A stretch of DNA of 62,944 bases from an uncultured Methanoregula sp. (GTDB lineage Archaea; Halobacteriota; Methanomicrobia; Methanomicrobiales; Methanospirillaceae). The notes beneath the pieces are model-generated. The model saw nothing but the letters and a program-made list of their open reading frames with translations. It was not told the DNA's origin and did no database searches. Both the position numbers and the translations under genes were made by a program. The stretch spans positions 1 through 62,944 of the forward strand of contig CAZCZK010000001.1 of the NCBI GenBank assembly GCA_964503195.1. The letters are read 5' to 3'. Below are positions 29,992-39,358 of this stretch, piece by piece (position 1 is the stretch's first letter; each line of letters begins with the position of its first letter).

Positions 29992-31701
29992 ATGCCGGAT
30001 CAAGAGGATGAGATTACCCGGATTCGCACAATATTGAAGGAAAATCCCAAGGGAATCACTATAGAGGATATCGCAAAAAAACTCCCGTTAAACAGAACGT
30101 CCACAGCAAAATACCTCAATACGCTTCAGATATCCGGTCAGGCTGAAATGCGGACATTTGGGCGTGCGAAGGTCTATACCCTCTCCCAACGTGTCCCTTT
30201 CTCACAGATGCTGAACCTCTCATCTGATCTGCTCGTGGTGCTTGATCGGAATCTCGTAATAGTGCAGGTTAATGAACCATTCGTCAAAGTCTTTGGGTAT
30301 TCTGCGGAAAGTCTCATAGGTGCCACGCTGAACAAGTCAGGACCTGTACCTGCATTATCCGAAAAATATTTTTCAGAAATCAGGGAATCCATTGCCGGGA
30401 GTGAACACGTTACAACAGATCTCCTCGAGATTAACGGGCAGGAGTATTTTTTTAAGATCAAGCTGACCCCCATCGTTTTTGATCAGGGAGGACAGGGGCT
30501 TGCAATAATTCTTGAAGATATCACGGAACTGAAAAAATATCAGCAACACCTTGAGCAGCAGGTATTTGAAAGAACAAAAGAGCTGATTCGGACAAATGAA
30601 CAATTATTGCAGGAAAGCAAAGAGCGCCAGAAATCCCAGGAGGCGCTTGAACGAAGTGAAAAGAAATACCGCGAACTCGTTGAGAATGCCAACAGTATGA
30701 TTCTTCGAGTGAACGATCAGGGGATTATTACCTTTTTCAATGAATTCGCGGAAACTTTTTTTGGTATATCTCAACAGGAAATAATAGGGAAGAATATATT
30801 TGGATCTATTATTGCGGTAAAAGACCAGTCACAAAAAGAGTTGGAAGAGTTGATCCGGAGATTTCTTAGACCTACGGAATATCTTGCATTCAACGAAATA
30901 GAATGTGTACGAAGAAATGGCGAATCCGTCTGGGTTGCCTGGACCAATAAAGCGGTGCTTGATTCACACAGCACAGCAAGCGAGTACCTTATTATCGGTA
31001 TGGATATTACCGAACGAAAACAGGTTGAAAATGCCCTGTATAGGGTCAATACCAAGTTAAACGTGGTAAGCAGCGTCGCACGTCATGATATTCTGAATAA
31101 ACTCACGGTCATTTCGGGTACACTATCCCTTCTGAAAGAGAGTATCACTGATCCGAAACTGGCAGCCTTCTTGAAACAATCGGAGGATGCTATTGTTGCA
31201 ATAACACGTCAGATGGAATTTACCCGGGATTACAAGAATATGGGAATGGAAAAAGCCGACTGGCAGGACGTTCATATGACCATCCACACCGTGCTCGATA
31301 ATAATTACCGGGATGTTATGCAATGTGATCTCCTGGTGAATGGTCTTGAAATTTTTGCTGATTCCTGGCTGAAAAAGGTCTTTTTCAACATGACGGATGC
31401 AATGATGAGGTATGGAATCCAAACAAAGACAATCCGTGTATCATTCAAAGAATCAGAAGCGGGCATTGATCTGTTTTTTGAAGGGGAAGGTAAAGGGATA
31501 CCTGTTGATCAGAAAGAGAGAATATTCGAACACGGGTATGGGGGTGCGAATGGTTTTGGATTGTTTCTGGCCCGGGAAATACTTGCCATCACCGGTATAA
31601 CGATCCGGGAAACCGGGGAGCCGGGAAAAAATATTCGGTTTGATATTCAGGTTCCGAAACGGGCGTACCGGTTTAACGAGGAGTTCTCTACCGGGATTTA
31701 G
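29992..31701 (+). CDS. HTH-PAS-PAS histidine kinase-like protein with degenerate HATPase motifs
   Basis: GITIEDIAKKLPLNRTSTAKYL HTH; two PAS; H-box RHDILNKL; N-box reads NMTDA and G1 reads EGEGKG. Confidence 0.88.
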   Translation: MPDQEDEITRIRTILKENPKGITIEDIAKKLPLNRTSTAKYLNTLQISGQAEMRTFGRAKVYTLSQRVPFSQMLNLSSDLLVVLDRNLVIVQVNEPFVKVFGYSAESLIGATLNKSGPVPALSEKYFSEIRESIAGSEHVTTDLLEINGQEYFFKIKLTPIVFDQGGQGLAIILEDITELKKYQQHLEQQVFERTKELIRTNEQLLQESKERQKSQEALERSEKKYRELVENANSMILRVNDQGIITFFNEFAETFFGISQQEIIGKNIFGSIIAVKDQSQKELEELIRRFLRPTEYLAFNEIECVRRNGESVWVAWTNKAVLDSHSTASEYLIIGMDITERKQVENALYRVNTKLNVVSSVARHDILNKLTVISGTLSLLKESITDPKLAAFLKQSEDAIVAITRQMEFTRDYKNMGMEKADWQDVHMTIHTVLDNNYRDVMQCDLLVNGLEIFADSWLKKVFFNMTDAMMRYGIQTKTIRVSFKESEAGIDLFFEGEGKGIPVDQKERIFEHGYGGANGFGLFLAREILAITGITIRETGEPGKNIRFDIQVPKRAYRFNEEFSTGI

Positions 31702-31828
31702 TAATAAAACAGGGTACTGTGCTATTTTTACCCCCGCGTTCAAGAAAGAAATACGAGGGGGAAATTCGAGAAATTGCCTGCCAAAAATGGAGAGTGAAAA
31801 AGTGCACCTGCCGGTGATTTTTAAAAAC

Positions 31829-31970
31829 GCCGACTCGTTGGGCTTCGCCCCGACACGATGGTGCCCCGGTTGTGGTAGTTCTGTATTAGCTCTACCATGA
31901 TTTGGAGTAATACAGAGGAATCGCATACGCCATGAGCCCCTAACGGGCAGGGATTGTGCAACGAGTGGCC
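31829..31970 (+). ncRNA. Structured non-coding element, copy B
   Basis: Terminal stem GCCGACTCGTTG/CAACGAGTGGC; GGGC-TTC-GCCC; nested ATGGTG/CGCCAT, TGTGGT/ATCGCA, CTGTATTAGCTC/GAGTAATACAG; GCCC-CTAAC-GGGC. Confidence 0.62.
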
Positions 31971-32006
31971 AATGTGGTTATGAGAGATAGACCTGCGCAC
32001 TCCCTT

Positions 32007-33056
32007 TTATTGAAGAAATTTCCTGAATTGTCCCTGTAATGGTTTTACCACCCGGGAATATCCTTTTTCCAATAGACCGGCGCTGCGCGAATATTTTTTT
32101 ACCGTAGCGTGTGCTTGGAGCACCGGATTAAATTTTGAAACATAATACGAATGCAACCGCTTGTCTCCGGCGGCATTCATCGTTACATAGTACCTGCATC
32201 CATGCTCGTGTGCATATCTGACAGATTCCCAGATGAGAAGATCGTTGGGAGATGGGGATATGGGTTTTTTCGGTTTTGGGCTCCCAATCCAGCTAAAATG
32301 CGTGTCCCGGTAATGGAAGTCAATGCATCCAGAAATTATTTCGCCTTCAGATTTAGCTACAAAAATCTTCAGGTAATCCCGGAAACTATCATAGAGATCT
32401 GAAAAATACTCCCGTGATTCCGTAACGTTTTTTCCTTGCTCGGTATAACGATCGACCATCAGGTCGAAGATCTTTTCACACTCGTGTTTCCCTCCGACTT
32501 CGACACTGATGCCTTTTTTTTTGGCCCGGGTTATATTCTGGCGGCCATTTTTGTCGAGAGTCTGAAACAAGGATTCAAGGCCCAAACTGAGATCGATGAT
32601 ATAGTCGTACTGGAGTTCATAGTTATATCCAGACCAGATAAAAGGTCGGGGATCCTTGAGCGCGGGTGAGAGTGAAATGCTGACATACTGTGCTTTTAAT
32701 TCACGGGAAATAAAATGTTCAACCGAAGCCTGGAAACCGAAATAGTTCTTTTCCCGTTTTTCCTGGTTCAGGGTATCGTATCCTGTCAGTACAGGACCAA
32801 GATATAATATCGAGGTGTGCGGGGGGGGAGAGAAAACCATACGGACGATTCCTTTTTCCTGGAAAAATAATGGCAAAATAGCGACTGGGGTGCTGTTCTG
32901 CATTCCTATGAGAGGGAACAACCTTGTCCGGGTATGCTTTTCGGTGATTTTCAACCAGTCCCAATGATGGAAGAGCGTGCCATGAGGAGACTCTGAAATA
33001 ATCCGGTCCCATTCCCTTGCGTCTTCACTATCAGCGATACGGAGTTCAATGGTCAT
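32007..33056 (-). CDS. FemAB-like / GNAT (Acetyltransf_6-type) protein
   Basis: WDRII.ESPHGTLFHHWDWL; IIDL......LFQTLDKNGRQNITRAKKKGI; PNDLLIWESVRYA. Confidence 0.85.
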   Translation of the reverse strand: MTIELRIADSEDAREWDRIISESPHGTLFHHWDWLKITEKHTRTRLFPLIGMQNSTPVAILPLFFQEKGIVRMVFSPPPHTSILYLGPVLTGYDTLNQEKREKNYFGFQASVEHFISRELKAQYVSISLSPALKDPRPFIWSGYNYELQYDYIIDLSLGLESLFQTLDKNGRQNITRAKKKGISVEVGGKHECEKIFDLMVDRYTEQGKNVTESREYFSDLYDSFRDYLKIFVAKSEGEIISGCIDFHYRDTHFSWIGSPKPKKPISPSPNDLLIWESVRYAHEHGCRYYVTMNAAGDKRLHSYYVSKFNPVLQAHATVKKYSRSAGLLEKGYSRVVKPLQGQFRKFLQ

Positions 33057-33131
33057 AGTAGTAAATAACAATCATATACAGAGCACTTTGGATTTCCTGC
33101 GTCATATTTCCGAAAAAACATTGTGCGTTAT

Positions 33132-34187
33132 TCATGTACCGGAATAGTTAGGCATCCTCTTTCCACACAATGGTTTAAAAATATTTTTATATCCCATCTC
33201 AAATATACCGGACATGCATGATGTTTTTTTTACATTATATCTGATGGTTAATTCGGGATCATATTTTGATGCATAATAGGTGTGTAACCGTTCGTTTCCT
33301 GCAGCACCCATCGTCACTAAGGATGTATACTTCTGTTCACATCCATATCGGACGATTTCCCATGCCATGAGATCGTTGGGGGACGGTGAAACCGGGACCC
33401 GTGGTTTGGGATTTCCAATCCAGCTATAGAGCGTATCCCGATACTGCAGATCGATGAGACCGGTCACAATTTCTCCTTCGGCCCGAGTCACAAAAACGGC
33501 AACATTGTCCTTGAAGGTATCATAAATATCTGTCACATATTCCGGAGTGACCGTTACCATTTTTTCCTGTTCTTCATACCGGGTTGTCATGAGGTCCAAA
33601 ATCAGGTTGATTTCTTTTTGTCCCCCCATTTCTACTGACATCCCCCGTTTTTTCGCTCTGTTTATATCCTGACGTTGTTTTTTATCGAGTGATTGGAACA
33701 GATAATCTGCCCCTTTTTTTAACTCGGTTACATAATCAAAGGACGGTCCAGCAGTATACCCGGACCAGATAAAAGGACGCGGATCCTGGATGCCTGGAGG
33801 TAATGATATAAATATATAATTTGCATTTAAATCATTTATGATGAAATTTTCAACCAACGCGTGGAAATCCATAGAGATAATTTCCCTTTTTTCTTGAGTT
33901 AATCCAGCATTTCGTGCAAAAACTGGTCCAAGATAGAAAAGAGCCGCATGCGGAGGCGGGGAAAAAACCATCCGGGCGGGCCCTTTTTTTAAAAAAAACA
34001 AGGGAAATATCCCGATAGAAATCCCATTAAGCATACCGATAAGCGGGTATAGCTTCGTTTGGGTATGTTTTTCGGTGATCTTCAACCATTTCCAATGATG
34101 GAAGAGCGTGCCATGAGGAGAATCAGAAAGGATCCGGTCCCATTCTTTTGCGTCAGTGTTTTGAGCTATGCGGAGTTCCATCGTCAT
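33132..34187 (-). CDS. FemAB-like / GNAT protein (tandem paralog)
   Basis: Same motifs as 32007-33056; start overlaps the upstream stop (ATGA). Confidence 0.85.
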   Translation of the reverse strand: MTMELRIAQNTDAKEWDRILSDSPHGTLFHHWKWLKITEKHTQTKLYPLIGMLNGISIGIFPLFFLKKGPARMVFSPPPHAALFYLGPVFARNAGLTQEKREIISMDFHALVENFIINDLNANYIFISLPPGIQDPRPFIWSGYTAGPSFDYVTELKKGADYLFQSLDKKQRQDINRAKKRGMSVEMGGQKEINLILDLMTTRYEEQEKMVTVTPEYVTDIYDTFKDNVAVFVTRAEGEIVTGLIDLQYRDTLYSWIGNPKPRVPVSPSPNDLMAWEIVRYGCEQKYTSLVTMGAAGNERLHTYYASKYDPELTIRYNVKKTSCMSGIFEMGYKNIFKPLCGKRMPNYSGT

Positions 34188-35806
34188 GCGATCCCTATGA
34201 TAATCTCATTACTCTTTTGCTGAGGATGGGTTTTAATGTACATACGATCTCCATCCCTTTTGATTATGTCTGCATTTTCCGAACGGATAGTACCATCAGT
34301 ACCAGGCGGCAGATGCACGGTGAAATACTGTACCGGAACAGCGCCGGAAGGTGTTATGGAACACAGGGAACTATCGCAAAAGACGGAAAAGGTCTGCCGG
34401 TTTCGCAGTGATACCCATTCATAAATATCCCGTGCCCGTGTTATCCATGCCCCTCGCTCCGTGCAGTACTGATTCATTTTTATATATATATCCCGGGCTT
34501 CCGGGTATTCCAGCGTGTTAAATACCGGGGGATGCCATAACAGGGTCAGGACACCCTGATATTTTTCTACTCTCTGTGCTAATCTGATACATTCTTCTTC
34601 TTTATTTTCACAGGATTCAAGACAGATGTCCATAATGATGAGAGGGATCTCAAGAATGGGGATCACGGATCCATACGATCCCGGGTAAAATGGAAATGAA
34701 GTCCCCCACTTAAAACCAATGGCGTCTTTAAATCCAAGAGAAGTATCATAGTGTAATCCGGCAAGAATATGGTATTCCCATGTTTTTGGAATATCAAGAT
34801 TGAGATTGTGTTGCCGGGTGCCTATCACCTTCTCCTGGAGGATCCCCTCAAGTTCCCGGGTCTGATCCTCTAGAAGCGCTGGATCGAGATAGGAAAAGTA
34901 AGAGCCATGAATTGCCACCTCATCCCCGTTAATCTGTAATTTTTTAATAAGTGCAATCATTTCAGGACTTTGTAGACTGCGGTTTCTGCCATAAAGGTAC
35001 CAGGTTTTTTTTGAAGAAAGAACCAGATTACCGGTTTCTTTGAGGATATAATACGTGGATTTCACACCGAAACCGTGCTCTATGCTGATTATGTCCTCAA
35101 AGGTATCATACGGTTCAATTCCCTGAATTTTTTGTATCAACGAATTCATCTGACGTCTGAACCCCTGAAGGTCTCCCTTGAGGAGATACCGGGATGGACG
35201 ACTTATCCACTGGTAGGTCTTTTTTATTTCATCGACGTCATGGGTCAGGCAGACCGCAAAGGATTTTCCGTCCGGCCAGACCGATTTCTGGACAAGAGGG
35301 AGGTGACGTTCGGAACATGCCGTAAGGATTGCCTCAAATAAGATATTTTCAAGGAAATCAACGATGGGGAGGGATGCCAGTTCTCTTCGGGACACTATGT
35401 CAAGAGAAGAACGGATATTATCGAGGTGCCCTGATAACAGGTAACCTGTCTCCTTAAAGATATCAATCCCGATTAAAATACCCTGCTTTATCCGGCTTAC
35501 ACAAGGATATCGGACAGTGCCGTTTTCAAAATATGAAATCACCCCGCCTGAAATTCCCGTATCCAGAGGATTTTCGCACAGCGGGATTTGGTCACGGGCT
35601 GTACAACATTTTCCGCAGATTGTATTCTGGATATCATTTATGCTGATTTTTATGACGAAATCGCCCGTGGCTTCTGCACCGTACGTGATGACGATCCCGG
35701 ATTGGGGGGGCAGATTCATGGTAACGGGTATACCAAATTTCTGAATGAAATGATCAATTCCGTACTGGCTATACGGATCTTCCGTCCGGGTATAGAAAGA
35801 AATCAT
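34184..35806 (-). CDS. Polysaccharide deacetylase (NodB-like) family protein with N-terminal extension
   Basis: CLTHDVD, EVAIHGS, GTRQHNL, YDTS, LEIPL..MD, LLWHP. Confidence 0.85.
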   Translation of the reverse strand: MISFYTRTEDPYSQYGIDHFIQKFGIPVTMNLPPQSGIVITYGAEATGDFVIKISINDIQNTICGKCCTARDQIPLCENPLDTGISGGVISYFENGTVRYPCVSRIKQGILIGIDIFKETGYLLSGHLDNIRSSLDIVSRRELASLPIVDFLENILFEAILTACSERHLPLVQKSVWPDGKSFAVCLTHDVDEIKKTYQWISRPSRYLLKGDLQGFRRQMNSLIQKIQGIEPYDTFEDIISIEHGFGVKSTYYILKETGNLVLSSKKTWYLYGRNRSLQSPEMIALIKKLQINGDEVAIHGSYFSYLDPALLEDQTRELEGILQEKVIGTRQHNLNLDIPKTWEYHILAGLHYDTSLGFKDAIGFKWGTSFPFYPGSYGSVIPILEIPLIIMDICLESCENKEEECIRLAQRVEKYQGVLTLLWHPPVFNTLEYPEARDIYIKMNQYCTERGAWITRARDIYEWVSLRNRQTFSVFCDSSLCSITPSGAVPVQYFTVHLPPGTDGTIRSENADIIKRDGDRMYIKTHPQQKSNEIIIGIA

Positions 35807-35808
35807 TT

Positions 35809-36894
35809 CTAATCCATGTGGTTATTTTTATATTGAATAAAACTCTCGGGATATCTTTCGATAAAGTCCGTTAACCAGGTTGTGACATCAATAACATCTG
35901 ACATAAGTTTTTTTCGTTTTTCCTGCCATTGTGCTTTCGATTGGGTATTCTCCAGAATTTCAATTGCTTTTTTTAATGCTAAATCCTGGGTGGGATAAAA
36001 ATACATCAACTGGTATTTATCTCTCAATTCAAGGTAATTCCCGCTCATCTCGCCGGTTGCCTGGCCCGTGGATGTAGATTCTATGTGAATGGCCGGAGTC
36101 CCTAAAACTCCTGCCTCCACGGCCATGGTACCCCCTTCACCAATATACAACTGCGCATAGGAAAGGAGAGAATGAATTTTCTCCGGAGAGACATGCAGGC
36201 GATACGATTCAAGCTCGCCATCCAGCGGTTTTTCAGAAGTGATGAAGATTTTTCCGTAACGGGAAAGGGTTTTTATTAAGTTTTTTTCAGCCCCTTTCTG
36301 GATGCCGCTCAGGCCCACATCGTGCGATGCACCCCATGAAATGAACCTCATGATGATAAATTTGTCATCCGGTAGAAGACCAAGCTCTTCTAACACATGA
36401 GGATCGGGCGAGAAATAATTCGGATGGAGGTAGGCAATTTCCTTGAGCCCGTTGATTTTAATATGCTTTTTTGGGTCAATCCTGTCCCTGAAAAAGCGTG
36501 GGGTGATAACCGTCTGCACAAAAGGATACGTCAGGAGACTCGCGACTTTCACATTTTCAGTGTCTGTAAAAATAATTACCGGCTTACGAAGAATCGCACC
36601 AACATGTGCAACATAGGGATTATGAACTCCGATGAGGAGATCAGGTTTGAATTCTTTTGCAATGCTCAACAATTTCCAGTCAATTTTAAGCATGCCGAAT
36701 GCTTTGTTCAGCATCCCGGTATAGATCTCCCCCCGGTCTTCATACTCAAGACCATATGCCTTTAACAAGGCGAGGGTTACTTCTTTGTTGCGGGCAGTGA
36801 TTTTTACTTCATGCCCATGTTTTTTCAGAGTATATATCGTGTTTTTAAAAAGATGGACATGAGCTGGGTGTCCCATATCAAATAAAACGTTCAT
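35809..36894 (-). CDS. DUF354 family protein (predicted GT-B glycosyltransferase-like)
   Basis: FDMGHPAHVHLFK, KEIAYLHP..F.P, GEGGTMAVEAGVLGTPAI. Confidence 0.85.
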   Translation of the reverse strand: MNVLFDMGHPAHVHLFKNTIYTLKKHGHEVKITARNKEVTLALLKAYGLEYEDRGEIYTGMLNKAFGMLKIDWKLLSIAKEFKPDLLIGVHNPYVAHVGAILRKPVIIFTDTENVKVASLLTYPFVQTVITPRFFRDRIDPKKHIKINGLKEIAYLHPNYFSPDPHVLEELGLLPDDKFIIMRFISWGASHDVGLSGIQKGAEKNLIKTLSRYGKIFITSEKPLDGELESYRLHVSPEKIHSLLSYAQLYIGEGGTMAVEAGVLGTPAIHIESTSTGQATGEMSGNYLELRDKYQLMYFYPTQDLALKKAIEILENTQSKAQWQEKRKKLMSDVIDVTTWLTDFIERYPESFIQYKNNHMD

Positions 36895-36905
36895 CGACCC
36901 GTCTC

Positions 36906-37529
36906 CTATGTTATTATCCACTTGATCACTTCAAATGCTTCGGCATATGTATCCTCTATCTGGGTGCCGCGCGTGAGCGCAAGCCCCCGGATAAAGTCAG
37001 GATTTAAATAAGACCTTCCCTTCTGGGTTTCATAACAATTGAGGGCATTGATTTTTTTTTCAACGTGCTCTTCATTCAGGGATATAAATGCAAGGGTATT
37101 GAAGGTGATATTGTTCCATGGTTGCTCATACCCGAGTATAGTACATTGTTTAAATGCCCGCATGGTTTCTTCAACAGTAGTTTTATGATCCTGATGAGTA
37201 TCGTACCGGGAGGGGGTGAACACCATATCGGGCTGTATTTTTTTTCGCAGCCGTATCAGGGCATCAAGTATTTCCTGCCGTAACTTGGGAAATTCGCGTA
37301 CTTCAAAGCTGAATAATATCGGATCATCAATACCCAGGATTTTTGTGGCTGCTTTTACTTCACGCGAAAGGATATCCCGGGGATATTCAGGGGGTACTGA
37401 TTTTTCACAGCAGGACAGGGCAGCATAGGTTACCTCTGCGCCTTCTTCAATAAATTTTGCTATGGAACCTCCACACCCCAGTTCACCGTCATCGGTGTGC
37501 GGACTTATGACCAGAATCTTTTTTTCCAT
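36906..37529 (-). CDS. PIG-L/LmbE family N-deacetylase
   Basis: SPHTDDGELGCGG and DTHQDH zinc motifs; C-terminal YAEAF. Confidence 0.92.
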   Translation of the reverse strand: MEKKILVISPHTDDGELGCGGSIAKFIEEGAEVTYAALSCCEKSVPPEYPRDILSREVKAATKILGIDDPILFSFEVREFPKLRQEILDALIRLRKKIQPDMVFTPSRYDTHQDHKTTVEETMRAFKQCTILGYEQPWNNITFNTLAFISLNEEHVEKKINALNCYETQKGRSYLNPDFIRGLALTRGTQIEDTYAEAFEVIKWIIT

Positions 37530-39118
37530 TAACTCACCTCAATTGATTCTATCAGGGTATAGTAGTCAGGTATTTCATCATTTTTCGCTTCATGGAAATA
37601 AGGAGTTGCGTATAGCACGTCTTTTCGGATTTTATTCACAATCCCATCAGATTCTACCATTGCCTTCTCCATTGCCCTTCCCCATTCATGTGCAATCACC
37701 GGCCCCTCAAGGGTGGCAAGAAGATCAATAAACGACGGTGTACCCTGAAACAGGTTTTTTGCGGACAGGCAAACATTCACCAGGTTATTTTTGTTGTTCT
37801 CCAGATTTTTCAGGGTATTTTTACGTTCATTCCTTTCTTTTGCTTCAAGGATAGAAGTGTCTATTTCTGATAGGCGGGTGGCGATTTTCTTGTTGAATGA
37901 CCCGTCTGAGATTTCTGAAGATTCCAGTTTAAATGTTTTCATAAGTTCCCGGATACCACGCTGGTGAAATCTGCCAAAATAATAATCCCGGGTGATCCAG
38001 GATAATCTCAAGGGACGGTAAAACCCCAGGTCCTGTGAAATGTGGTCGGATAGTACACCATAGGATGATGACCCCCCGGATCCTGCGAGGAAAAGGGATG
38101 TTCCCATTCCCTGTGCAAAAACGATATTACGTGAAACCGCAGAAAAATCCATGTGGGCATAGACCGAATCCAGTCGTTCATACGTTTTCCCCACGTCGAG
38201 GTGAAATTCTTTCCTGCAGACGGGGCAGACACCGTACCACATGCCGGGTTCAGTGACGGAGAAATTAACTTTTGCTGAGCATTCGCAATGGTACCAAAAC
38301 GGAACCCGGCCGGGAATCACCGGGCGGAGATCGAGATTTTTATCAAGAATAGTCTGGTTAAAAATCTGGTTAAACTCGGCCTGCCGGAGAAGGACCTCTG
38401 TCGATTCTTCCATGAATATTTTTTCATGGCACAGATCCGAAAATGTATAAAAACGGATATTCTCTATTTCCAGAACTTCGTAACAAATCCTTGCAAAAAT
38501 TGAACTGTTTAACTCTGCGAAATTCTGCGAGTGTTCATAGCAATCCCAAAGTATCGTGATGATGTCATCGATCTTTTGTTTTACCTGAACACCATCCGGG
38601 ACAGGTGTATCTGCTTTGTACAGGTCCCCGATTTTATCAATCTCTTTTTCCCATCGTTCCCGGGCAGGTTTTTTGATACAACAAAAGGGTAAAAACCGTT
38701 CTTTTTCATCGATAGTAAAACCGATTTCCGCCATTCCTTTTTTATTCCAGAAGGGAACATGATTTTTTGTGAGAATTTTTGCTGAAGAGAGGTTTTGATC
38801 TGCAAACCCGAAATATGCAATGGCGTTTTTCCCTTTTCTTTCCAGTTGTTTCTGGAACCAGCTCAACAAAAATGCTTTTTTCCATATGCCCGAGTAAGGA
38901 AAAAAATTCGGTTGGTGCCCGGATTCCAAAATGATTGTCTGGTCAACGGTGTCTTTTGTGTAATCACCACGAATTTTTATACGCGAAAAAAAAAGTTCTG
39001 ATATCGTATTAAGTTTTTGAATATTTTGTTGTTGTCTGAGAGTTAATTCGTGATAATCCATGAGATTTAAAACAAATTTTTCAATGGCGATACTATTCAT
39101 ATTATCGCAATATTGCAT
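37529..39118 (-). CDS. Hypothetical protein, BshC-like/nucleotidyltransferase-fold ligase candidate with Zn ribbon
   Basis: ILESGHQPNFFPYSGIWKK; PFWYHCEC...CPVC; AGSGGSSSYG; C-terminal coiled coil. Confidence 0.55.
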   Translation of the reverse strand: MQYCDNMNSIAIEKFVLNLMDYHELTLRQQQNIQKLNTISELFFSRIKIRGDYTKDTVDQTIILESGHQPNFFPYSGIWKKAFLLSWFQKQLERKGKNAIAYFGFADQNLSSAKILTKNHVPFWNKKGMAEIGFTIDEKERFLPFCCIKKPARERWEKEIDKIGDLYKADTPVPDGVQVKQKIDDIITILWDCYEHSQNFAELNSSIFARICYEVLEIENIRFYTFSDLCHEKIFMEESTEVLLRQAEFNQIFNQTILDKNLDLRPVIPGRVPFWYHCECSAKVNFSVTEPGMWYGVCPVCRKEFHLDVGKTYERLDSVYAHMDFSAVSRNIVFAQGMGTSLFLAGSGGSSSYGVLSDHISQDLGFYRPLRLSWITRDYYFGRFHQRGIRELMKTFKLESSEISDGSFNKKIATRLSEIDTSILEAKERNERKNTLKNLENNKNNLVNVCLSAKNLFQGTPSFIDLLATLEGPVIAHEWGRAMEKAMVESDGIVNKIRKDVLYATPYFHEAKNDEIPDYYTLIESIEVS

Positions 39119-39358
39119 TCAACATGGCAAATAATTTTCTCTGTAATTGCAAAAGGAACAAGTCCCGAATTTGTGTTCATTTTCCAAATCTTCCATGAAA
39201 AAACCATTTATAAGCATCAGGATCCGGAGGATCGGTAGCCAGAAACGGCCTTAAATCAGGGATGAGTGTTCTCTTCGGTGAAAGGGATATTCGGGCAAAT
39301 TTAACTGATTCCTTATAAAGGAACCATTTCCTTGATACGGGGATTTTGTCGGCCGGAA

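Noticed and set aside
31829-31970. 3'-UTR element as archaeal SECIS or hammerhead ribozyme
   Set aside because: The upstream genes need no in-frame TGA, and the hammerhead CUGAnGA/GAAA core is absent.
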